Position numbers and translations under genes: made by a program. A model generated the notes under the pieces. It did not search any database. It had not been told where the DNA came from and worked only from the letters and a program-made list of their open reading frames with translations. From IMG/VR virus record IMGVR_UViG_2896601577_000010: a DNA stretch of 14,746 bases. One strand, written 5' to 3'. Below, one piece after another: positions 9,143 through 14,746 of the stretch; within the stretch, counting starts at the first letter, position 1; every line of letters starts with the position of its first letter. Source of the DNA: a virus (Duplodnaviria > Heunggongvirae > Uroviricota > Caudoviricetes).

Positions 9143-9267
9143 TGTTAACTGCTGCCTGGTTAACATTTTCTGAAAAAGCCAGTTAACATTTTTTTTCGCA
9201 CAACAAACTGAATAATAAAGATAAAAACCGCAAAAATACCCGGACAGCCAGTTAACATGTTAACTGG
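9143..9267. repeat. Cluster of GTTAAC-centred motifs in the HNH-TerS intergenic region; candidate cos / TerS recognition sites
   Basis: TGTTAACTG at 9143-9151, GGTTAACATTTT at 9158-9169, CCAGTTAACATTTT at 9179-9192, and the 20-bp perfect palindrome CCAGTTAACATGTTAACTGG at 9248-9267, interspersed with AT-rich sequence. Confidence 0.5.
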
Positions 9268-9355
9268 CCTGAAACGGGAATTTTTTCTCTGCGTGAGAGG
9301 GGCGCGGTGTCCAAAGCGATCGTTTTTTACGCCGGATGATACCCCCGGGGTCGGG

Positions 9356-9721
9356 TTACAGTCCGATGATGTCGTCCTCTCTGCCACTACCTCCGGACAC
9401 CTCCGGCAGCGTCGGATCCGGCATATCACTCGCCGCTTCACGAGCAGACTTTTGTCGATGGCATTCGGTACAGAGCGTCCAGAGATTCGTCTCCTCATTA
9501 CCACCACCGAACTGAAGTGCAATTCGGTGATCGAGTTCACTGTCACAGAGGTCAACCACACGACCACAGAGACGGCACTGCCCGGCGTCCCTGAGCCAGA
9601 TATGACGCTTGAGGGAAACACGTGCACTGCCACTGACACGACGCTGTTCACCCTTCAGAATATTCACCCGTCGGGTATTCAGTGTTTTGATTCTGCTCTG
9701 GAGTGTACGAAGCTCAGCCAT
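9356..9721 (-). CDS. Phage-associated HNH endonuclease (packaging-linked)
   Basis: 121-aa ORF with the motif CRLCGRVVDLCDSELDHRIALQFGGGNEETNLWTLCTECHRQKS. ATG at 9721 is preceded by GGGGA. The HNH-TerS-TerL context is typical of cos-type HK97-like packaging modules. Confidence 0.8.
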   Translation of the reverse strand: MAELRTLQSRIKTLNTRRVNILKGEQRRVSGSARVSLKRHIWLRDAGQCRLCGRVVDLCDSELDHRIALQFGGGNEETNLWTLCTECHRQKSAREAASDMPDPTLPEVSGGSGREDDIIGL

Positions 9722-9762
9722 GTAAAATCCCCGTCATATGGCAATCAGTAAAGGAAATAAAT

Positions 9763-9963
9763 ATGTCATCGAAAAACCGTACCCGCAGAACCACAACCCG
9801 CAATATCCGTTTCCCCAATCACATGATTGAACAGATCAACATCGCCCTTGAGCATAAAGGGTCCGGTAACTTTTCAGCGTGGGTTATTGAAGCCTGCAGG
9901 AGAAGGCTGGCAACAGATGCAACGCATCTGCGCCCGGCCAGCATGACAAATAACGAGAAATGA
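9763..9963 (+). CDS. Small ribbon-helix-helix-like DNA-binding protein (66 aa), possibly YlcI/YnfO-like
   Basis: ATG at 9763 lies 7 nt after AAGGA. MSSKNRTRRTTTRNIRFPNHMIEQINIALEHKGSGNFSAWVIEACRRRL fits a basic tail, beta-strand and two helices. It is divergent from the HNH gene. The longer GTG-initiated ORF from 9703 is disfavoured. The family name is a memory-based guess. Confidence 0.45.
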   Translation: MSSKNRTRRTTTRNIRFPNHMIEQINIALEHKGSGNFSAWVIEACRRRLATDATHLRPASMTNNEK

Positions 9964-10094
9964 ACGTTCGGTTACAGGAGCAGGTACCCACTGTCCTCCA
10001 ACAATATTTCATCTTCATATCCGACGGAACAAGACTTACCCTGCCGGGATGTACAGAATAACAACAGAGTGATAATTAATTTCTGATGAAATAA

Positions 10095-10421
10095 TCAGGG
10101 TGCGGAAGGACTAAAGATAAACGTTTTCTTCACGCCTTTACACGGCCTGTCCTTCTCAAATCGCCATTTTGCCATCGCCTTTACAACCTGCTCATCAAAC
10201 AGATGGTGCGGCTCTGAACGAATAAACTCAATTCGGGTGACAGTACCATCAGCACCAATATCAAACCTCACATCAACCCGTCCCTTTATATAATTTGCCG
10301 CTGCATAGGCCGGATATTGTGGTAATGCCTTAACCAACTGTCGGGGCATATCTGTTTTATGTTGCGTACAGCCCATAACCAGAGAAGACAACAAAATAAT
10401 TAACGGAAGATTTCTTTTCAT
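10095..10421 (-). CDS. Lipoprotein with a TonB C-terminal-like domain (moron, low GC)
   Basis: MKRNLPLIILLSSLVMGC is a signal peptide with lipobox LVMG-C. The mature part (...PQYPAYAAANYIKGRVDVRFDIGADGTVTRIEFIRSEPHHLFDEQVVKAMAKWRFE...) resembles the TonB_C fold signature. ATG at 10421 is preceded by GGGGA. GC content is visibly lower than the flanking phage genes. Confidence 0.6.
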   Translation of the reverse strand: MKRNLPLIILLSSLVMGCTQHKTDMPRQLVKALPQYPAYAAANYIKGRVDVRFDIGADGTVTRIEFIRSEPHHLFDEQVVKAMAKWRFEKDRPCKGVKKTFIFSPSAP

Positions 10422-10453
10422 TTTCATTCCCCGCACAGATAAAAATAAGTCTT

Positions 10454-10484
10454 ATTCTAACAATGCCGCCCTGTCGGTCATCAA
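10454..10484 (-). promoter_or_regulatory. Candidate sigma70 promoter for the lipoprotein gene
   Basis: On the minus strand: TTGATG (-35, plus 10479-10484), 16-17 nt spacer, TGTTAGAAT (extended -10, TAGAAT at plus 10454-10459), about 30 nt upstream of the start codon. Confidence 0.3.
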
Positions 10485-10759
10485 TCCTCTGCTTAATGGC
10501 AACGACAATTATCCGACTTAAATCACAAATCAGACACATGACATAACAGGGCTTGCGAGGTAACACATCGTCCTGTTTCTTCCACCATCGCACCGGACTG
10601 GCGACTATGAGGGGACAACGCCGCGCTCCGTTAACGCGGTAAACCCCGGTGTGTATCGTTTTAGATTATCCCCGCACACTCGCGCAGAGGAGTCTCCCTG
10701 TCGGGCTGCGGTCTCTGTTAATGAGGGAATACAGCGACGATACGGCGCATCAGCAAAAC

Positions 10760-10789
10760 TTAGTTCAGGCACTGAGTGCGGATATAGTC
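10760..10789 (-). pseudogene. Displaced 3' end of Rz (last 8 codons plus stop), separated from the gene body by the IS insertion
   Basis: Joining 12054-12056 to 10786-10760 through one copy of the duplicated GTC restores ...LEGAQDYIRTQCLN-stop, which parallels the lambda Rz C-terminus ...LEGTQKYINEQCR. Confidence 0.6.
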
Positions 10790-10832
10790 TGAGGTGTACT
10801 GGCAATAGCGGACACTACCATTTGTTCTTTTT

Positions 10833-11651
10833 TTAAGCAGTCATCTGATGATATTTTTCCCTGAAGGCTGCCGGGGAGATATTCCCCAGACGAGAGTGAC
10901 GACGCTGACGATTGTAGAAAATCTCAATGTATTCCCGTATTACTGAGATGGCTTCATCCCGGTTATTAAAACGATAGTGGCTCAGGCTCTCATTTTTCAG
11001 CGTTCCCCAGAAGCTTTCCATCGGAGCGTTGTCGTAACACTGACCTTTACGCGACATTGATGTTTTCAGACCAGACTGCTCCTGTATGACCCGGTAATCG
11101 TATGCGCAGTACTGTGAACCTCGATCAGAGTGGTGGATTAGCCCGGCAGGTGGGCGCTGGCTCCTGAGCGCCATAAACAGGGCTTTACCTGTCAGCTCTT
11201 TTGTCATGCGCTCTCCCATGGCGTAGCCGACAATTTCGCACGTATAAACATCTTTGATGCCAGCGAGGTACAACCATCCCTCCTGTGTGGCAACATACGT
11301 CAGGTCCGCCACCCAGACCTGATTTGGTGCTGTAGGAGCGAACGTCTGGTTCAGCAGATTTGGCGCAACTGGCAGATTGTGGTTCGGGTTCGTAGTCGCT
11401 CTGAACTTGCGTTTCTGCTTACAGCGTAGCCTTAGCTCCTTACGAAGACGTGCCAGTCGGTCACGACCAACGATGATGCCATTCTCTGCCAGCTCCGTCT
11501 GGAGCCGCCGGGTTCCATATGTTTCGCGAGTGCGGATATGTGCCACCTTAATCTCCAGTTTTAGCCGCTCATCACTTTGTTTTCTGTCTGAGGGTTCATG
11601 CTGTACCCAGTTGTAATAACCGCTCCTGGATACACCAAATACCTGACACAT
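10833..11651 (-). CDS. IS3-family transposase OrfB (DDE catalytic domain)
   Basis: 272-aa ORF with ...VWVADLTYV...HHSDRGSQYCA...CYDNAPMESFWGTLKNE... (DDE/rve signature). The frame continues upstream to the slippery site, as expected for OrfAB. Confidence 0.85.
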   Translation of the reverse strand: MCQVFGVSRSGYYNWVQHEPSDRKQSDERLKLEIKVAHIRTRETYGTRRLQTELAENGIIVGRDRLARLRKELRLRCKQKRKFRATTNPNHNLPVAPNLLNQTFAPTAPNQVWVADLTYVATQEGWLYLAGIKDVYTCEIVGYAMGERMTKELTGKALFMALRSQRPPAGLIHHSDRGSQYCAYDYRVIQEQSGLKTSMSRKGQCYDNAPMESFWGTLKNESLSHYRFNNRDEAISVIREYIEIFYNRQRRHSRLGNISPAAFREKYHQMTA

Positions 11652-11686
11652 CGCTTCAATGGGAAATTGTTGTCGCCATTGTTCGA

Positions 11687-11989
11687 TTAACGCGTATTTT
11701 TCAGCGACTCCTGTGCAAAATACGCTGTTGCTTTTTTTAATATATCTCGCTCAAGGCGAGCTTCATTTAACGCCTTACGCAGTTGCAGAATTTCAGATTC
11801 CAGTTCAGCCACCGTGCGGGAACCAGGAGTACCGAGCCCTTTTCTGGCGGCGGTAACCCATTGTCCTAAAGTGCCTTCAGGAAGGGATAATCGGGAAGCG
11901 CCTTCACTGATCGAAAGTTGATTTTCAAGAACCGTTCTGACAGCTTCGGCTTTGAACTCTTTAGAGTAACGTTGGTTTTTTCTGCTCAT
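11687..11989 (-). CDS. IS3-family transposase OrfA (HTH DNA-binding subunit)
   Basis: 100-aa ORF MSRKNQRYSKEFKAEAVRTVLENQLSISEGASRLSLPEGTLGQWV... with a C-terminal leucine zipper-like region. ATG at 11989 is preceded by AAGGAG. Confidence 0.85.
   Translation of the reverse strand: MSRKNQRYSKEFKAEAVRTVLENQLSISEGASRLSLPEGTLGQWVTAARKGLGTPGSRTVAELESEILQLRKALNEARLERDILKKATAYFAQESLKNTR
11741..11750 (-). promoter_or_regulatory. Programmed -1 ribosomal frameshift site (A7G) for OrfAB transposase fusion
   Basis: Minus strand ATATTAAAAAAAGCA encodes ...ILKKA near the end of orfA; the orfB frame is open upstream to this point. Confidence 0.5.
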
Positions 11990-12050
11990 TATTAGCTCCT
12001 TCTGATGCCATTCTATTTCAGGAAGGAGTGTCCGTTAAACTCAGGCTACC

Positions 12051-12494
12051 TCAGTCCTGTGCCCCTTCCAGCTGCTTCTGCATTGTCATCAACCGTTCTC
12101 TGAGGATGAAATAATCCCGTTCAGCGGTGTCTGCCAGTCGGGGGCCGGTTGCATTATCCACGCCGGAGGTGCCGGTGGCTTCACGCACGGTACCGGAGCA
12201 GGTGGCGTTGATCCGCAGGCGCTTACGACCAGCGGCAACATCAGCACGCAGAGTTTCATTTTCAGCTCTCGCATCGGCTAATTCCCTCGAGTATCTGGCA
12301 TCAAGTGCAGCGACATCACGCTGGCGTATCTGCATATCAGTAATTGTCGCGTTCGCCAGCTCCAGCTCACTGGCTTTTTTATCGCGCTGCTCTTTGTAGA
12401 TGATGGCGTGAACACGGTAATGATTCAGCCCCAGACTAAGCGCACCACAGGCCACCAGCAGGGCAATGATGACCACGCACAAAACACGGTTCAT
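12051..12494 (-). pseudogene. Rz: Rz (i-spanin), C-terminus truncated by the IS insertion; stop codon supplied by the IS terminus
   Basis: MNRVLCVVIIALLVACGALSLGLNHYR...ERDYFILRERLMTMQKQLEGAQD has an N-terminal TM segment and coiled coil, very similar to lambdoid Rz. The reading frame ends in the TGA formed by the first three bases of the IS inverted repeat (12051-12053). Confidence 0.8.
12089..12274 (-). CDS. Rz1: Rz1 (o-spanin lipoprotein), embedded in the +1 frame of Rz
   Basis: MRELKMKLCVLMLPLVVSACGSTPPAPVPCVKPPAPPAWIMQPAPDWQTPLNGIISSSENG has lipobox LVVSAC and a proline-rich mature part, closely resembling lambda Rz1. Entirely nested within Rz. Confidence 0.75.
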   Translation of the reverse strand: MRELKMKLCVLMLPLVVSACGSTPPAPVPCVKPPAPPAWIMQPAPDWQTPLNGIISSSENG

Positions 12495-12495
12495 A

Positions 12496-12609
12496 TCACC
12501 ACCAACGGATTGCCCAGACCAGAACAGCAATTGCCACAATACGAATGGCAAAAGCTGCCGCTCTTGTTAAATCCAGACTGGCTGGCGTCTCCACTTCAAT
12601 GCCTTTCAT
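12496..12609 (-). CDS. Candidate small membrane protein (37 aa) translationally coupled to Rz
   Basis: ATG at 12609 lies 9 nt after GAGG. MKGIEVETPASLDLTRAAAFAIRIVAIAVLVWAIRWW has one predicted TM helix. Its TGA at 12496-12498 sits 1 nt before the Rz ATG (TGAtATG). It is not in the supplied ORF track (below the length cutoff). Confidence 0.3.
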   Translation of the reverse strand: MKGIEVETPASLDLTRAAAFAIRIVAIAVLVWAIRWW

Positions 12610-12704
12610 AATGGACAACCTCAGAAAGAATCTTTTATACTTCCTCACAGGGAAAGCACCTCCCTCACCATAATTTCTCCCTTGCCTTACTCAAGGTCAG
12701 AAAA

Positions 12705-12748
12705 CACAAAACCCCGCTTGCTGCCAACAAACGGGGTTTTTACTTTTA
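12705..12748. terminator. Bidirectional intrinsic-terminator-like hairpin between the endolysin and the Rz region
   Basis: AAACCCCG (12708-12716), a 15-nt loop, then CGGGGTTT (12732-12739), followed by TTTTTACTTTTATT on the plus strand and preceded by the complement of TTTGTGTTTTCT (T-rich on the minus strand). Confidence 0.45.
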
Positions 12749-12829
12749 TTCACTTAGGTTTTGCCAGTTCACAGGACTTCGTGTTATCCGCCCGCGTGAG
12801 CAAGCGTCATTTTTCAGCAAAATATTCTG

Positions 12830-13363
12830 CTACCTGTCGATACCCCAGCACGCCAGCGCGCTCTCCTGGTCACGCCGCGATACCTGCCCGTAACAGTTAT
12901 TTGAGCGGTTCCGACAGTCCCTGCCGCCGTCATATATCCAGCGACGAATTTCAGCACATGCACCTTTCCGGTCTCCGGCGTTCAGTTTCCGGTAAAACGT
13001 TGAGCTGAAACACTTACCGGGGCCAATGTTGTACGGACAGAATGACGCGATCCCCGATTTCTGGGGTTCGGTCAGCGGCACTTTGATGTTTTTCTCCACC
13101 CATGCCAGCGCCTTATCACGTTCAATGGCGTTAACCTGGTCGCATTTCTCCTTCGACAACTTCATGCCCGGGACGACAGGTTTACCATCCACCAGAATGG
13201 CACCGCGGCAGATGGTCCAGATACCCGCGCCATCACGGTATGCCGTGGTGTGGTTACCTTCCTTTTCATCCAGAAACTGGTCGAGAATGTCAGGCGCAGG
13301 CGCACCAGCGGCAATCAGCGCCAGAACGGCAGCCGACAGGCCGTATCTGATTTTTGCGTTCAT
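12830..13363 (-). CDS. Phage lysozyme R, SAR (signal-anchor-release) endolysin type, glycoside hydrolase family 24-like
   Basis: 177-aa ORF. The N-terminus MNAKIRYGLSAAVLALIAAGAPAPDILDQF is a weakly hydrophobic SAR-like segment, followed by EGNHTTAYRDGAGIWTICRG (E/D/T catalytic motif of T4/P21-type lysozymes). Resembles the Qin-prophage RrrQ lysozyme by recall. Confidence 0.85.
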   Translation of the reverse strand: MNAKIRYGLSAAVLALIAAGAPAPDILDQFLDEKEGNHTTAYRDGAGIWTICRGAILVDGKPVVPGMKLSKEKCDQVNAIERDKALAWVEKNIKVPLTEPQKSGIASFCPYNIGPGKCFSSTFYRKLNAGDRKGACAEIRRWIYDGGRDCRNRSNNCYGQVSRRDQESALACWGIDR

Positions 13364-13468
13364 GGATATTTATCAGGATTTATCGGTTTCTGAGCCCTGG
13401 ATATGTTTATCAGTTCCAGCCTGTTGCCTCAGGCTGCTAACAGGTCAATACAATCATGAGGATTATTT

Positions 13469-13741
13469 ATGGACAATAACACCATTTCTCTACAGGAGTT
13501 GCTCGACAGCATTTCCAGGCTTCGGGAAGACGTGAATACCCTTACCGTCGCCTTCTCATATCTGGCATTCTCAATTCCAAGGGAACAGATGCAATCAACG
13601 CTGGCATCAATCCAGTTTGAATCATGCAATCCCAAATGGTCTCAGGAACAACAAGACTCTTTCAGGCGGCTTGCTGTATTACTGGATGAAAAATATGCTG
13701 GTAAAATTACCATTTCGGCGGACTCTTCAGAGAACCCGTAA
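13469..13741 (+). CDS. Hypothetical protein (90 aa), low GC, opposite strand to the phage late genes
   Basis: ATG at 13469 lies 8 nt after GAGG. MDNNTISLQELLDSISRLREDVNTLTVAFSYLAFSIPREQ... has no recognisable family. Its 3' end overlaps the 3' end of the 13707-14051 gene by 35 bp (convergent). Confidence 0.35.
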   Translation: MDNNTISLQELLDSISRLREDVNTLTVAFSYLAFSIPREQMQSTLASIQFESCNPKWSQEQQDSFRRLAVLLDEKYAGKITISADSSENP

Positions 13742-14051
13742 TTATTCCCGGTAGTTTTCCTCTGTAGGTTATCAACACATCCTGCGCCTCTAAAATTACG
13801 GGGCGCTTTTCCGGCGACTGCTCATCCCCTTCACATAACCCGGCAGCAACATCCAGGAAGACCTGTCTGATGCTCCTTCTGGCTGCTGCCTCATAAAACT
13901 CCAGCGCGGCACCTTCAACACGGTCCAGCGAGATGTCCAGGTCAAAAATTTCACCGTCAAAGCGTTTTTTGTCCCGTAACGCTAAAGTTACCGTAACTTT
14001 ATTCTCAAAATTGCGGATCCCTTTCACAATCAGTTCATAGTTTTGAGTCAT
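13707..14051 (-). CDS. Phage protein, possibly YdfR/DUF1327-like (114 aa)
   Basis: ATG at 14051 is preceded by GGAGAG. MTQNYELIVKGIRNFENKVTVTLALRDKKRFDGEIFDLDISLDRVEGAALEFYEAAARRSIRQVF... The upstream part of the 159-aa track ORF is encoded by the IS911 terminus and is excluded. The family assignment is from memory and unverified. Confidence 0.5.
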   Translation of the reverse strand: MTQNYELIVKGIRNFENKVTVTLALRDKKRFDGEIFDLDISLDRVEGAALEFYEAAARRSIRQVFLDVAAGLCEGDEQSPEKRPVILEAQDVLITYRGKLPGIITGSLKSPPKW

Positions 14052-14113
14052 TGAATTACTCTCCCCGTGCAGCCTTACGACGGTCCTCTCTGATTTTGAA
14101 ATACAGGTTAGTC

Positions 14114-14415
14114 TGAAGTGGCACACTGAATTTGGCCACCTGAACAGAGGTGATATGCTCACCTCAGAACAACACAGGTGCTCCAATGAAAAAAAGAAAT
14201 TTTAGCGCAGAGTTTAAACGCGAATCCGCTCAACTGGTTGTTGACCAGAAATACACGGTGGCAGATGCCGCCAAAGCTATGGATGTTGGCCTTTCCACAA
14301 TGACAAGATGGGTCAAACAACTGCGTGATGAGCGTCAGGGCAAAACACCAAAAGCCTCTCCGATAACACCAGAACAAATCGAAATACGTAAGCTGAGGAA
14401 AAAGCTACAACGCAT
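14114..14415 (+). mobile_element. IS911-like (IS3 family) left-end fragment, interrupted by IS1
   Basis: Starts TGAAGTGGCACACTGAATTTGGCCACC (IS3-family TG terminus), with the orfA ATG 72 bp in. The element ends abruptly at the IS1 terminus at 14416. Confidence 0.7.
14186..14415 (+). pseudogene. IS911 OrfA (InsN-like) truncated after about 77 codons by the IS1 insertion
   Basis: [76 protein letters not shown] matches IS911 OrfA. The frame then reads 7 IS1-encoded codons (MVMLPTY) to a stop at 14435-14437. Confidence 0.8.
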
Positions 14416-14746
14416 GGTGATGCTGCCAACTTACTGATTTAGTGTATGATGGTGTTTTTGAGGTGCTCCAGTGGCTTCTGTTTCTATCAGCTGTCCCTCC
14501 TGTTCAGCTACTGACGGGGTGGTGCGTAACGGCAAAAGCACTGCCGGACATCAGCGCTATCTCTGCTCTCACTGCCGTAAAACATGGCAACTGCAGTTCA
14601 CTTACACCGCTTCTCAACCCGGTACGCACCAGAAAATTATTGATATGGCCATGAATGGCGTTGGATGCCGGGCAACTGCACGCATTATGGGCGTTAGCCT
14701 CAACACGATTTTACGTCACTTAAAAAACTCAGGCCGCAGTCGGTAA
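14416..14746 (+). mobile_element. IS1 (partial copy, truncated by the window edge), canonical isoform
   Basis: Begins with the IS1 inverted repeat GGTGATGCTGCCAACTTACTGATTTAGTGTATGATGGTG. insA starts 55 bp in. The A6C frameshift motif TTAAAAAAC is at 14720-14728. Confidence 0.9.
14471..14746 (+). CDS. insA: IS1 transposase InsA
   Basis: 91-aa [94 protein letters not shown]. Confidence 0.9.
   Translation: MASVSISCPSCSATDGVVRNGKSTAGHQRYLCSHCRKTWQLQFTYTASQPGTHQKIIDMAMNGVGCRATARIMGVSLNTILRHLKNSGRSR

Larger units (their letters stand above)
10790..12053 (-). mobile_element. Intact IS3-family insertion sequence (IS600-like), 1264 bp, with 3-bp target site duplication GTC
   Basis: Imperfect terminal inverted repeats TGAGGTGTACTGGCAATAGCGGACACT (10790-) and the reverse complement of 12053 downward TGAGGTAGCCTGAGTTTAACGGACACT. 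Flanking direct repeats GTC at 10787-10789 and 12054-12056. Contains orfA, orfB and an A7G slippery site. The IS600 name is from memory of the transposase sequences. Confidence 0.85.

Noticed and set aside
9160-9651. 163-aa minus-strand ORF overlapping the HNH gene in another frame
   Set aside because: The HNH frame carries the conserved CxxC...H...N...CxxCH motif and a proper start and RBS; the overlapping frame has no recognisable features.
9356-9721. HNH endonuclease as part of a restriction/defence system
   Set aside because: The HNH-TerS-TerL context is the standard packaging-associated HNH of cos-type HK97-like phages; there is no adjacent methyltransferase, ATPase or other defence partner.
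12682-13008. 108-aa plus-strand ORF overlapping the endolysin gene
   Set aside because: It is antisense to a well-supported endolysin gene and starts inside the terminator region; no RBS or recognisable domain.
14052-14186. N-terminal 45-codon extension of the 159-aa ORF (13707-14186)
   Set aside because: The extension is encoded by the reverse complement of the IS911 terminus. The ATG at 14051 with a GGAGAG RBS is the plausible native start.
1-14746. The IS1 pair as a composite transposon carrying cargo
   Set aside because: The two IS1 copies are different isoforms, the cargo is a prophage structural region with broken genes, and the outer ends and target duplications are outside the window. 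It is better treated as independent insertions that may mediate inversion.

Overview
This window is an IS-riddled remnant of a lambdoid/HK97-type prophage late region, probably in an Escherichia/Shigella chromosome (the IS1, IS3-family and IS911-like elements and the lambda-like lysis genes point that way). All phage genes read on the minus strand, from high to low coordinates: SAR-type endolysin, a small membrane ORF, Rz/Rz1, a low-GC TonB-C-domain lipoprotein moron, HNH endonuclease, TerS, TerL, prohead protease, major capsid, portal, a 328-aa tandem-repeat protein, head-tail connectors, a gpU-like tail terminator and a major tail protein. The phage segment (460-14415) is bracketed by two partial IS1 copies in inverted orientation. 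An intact 1264-bp IS3-family element (IS600-like) sits in the 3' end of Rz with a 3-bp target duplication, and an IS911 left-end fragment is cut by the right-hand IS1. TerL, portal, protease, capsid and the gpU-like gene are split by frameshifts (some at G/C homopolymers) and the major tail gene is truncated by IS1, so this is either a decayed cryptic prophage or an indel-error-rich assembly. No holin, rRNA, tRNA or CRISPR array was found. I did not find a recognisable defence system; the candidates most worth follow-up are the lipoprotein moron, the convergent gene pair where the holin should be, the repeat protein and the non-canonical head-gene order. All homology calls are from reading the translations and memory, with no database search.
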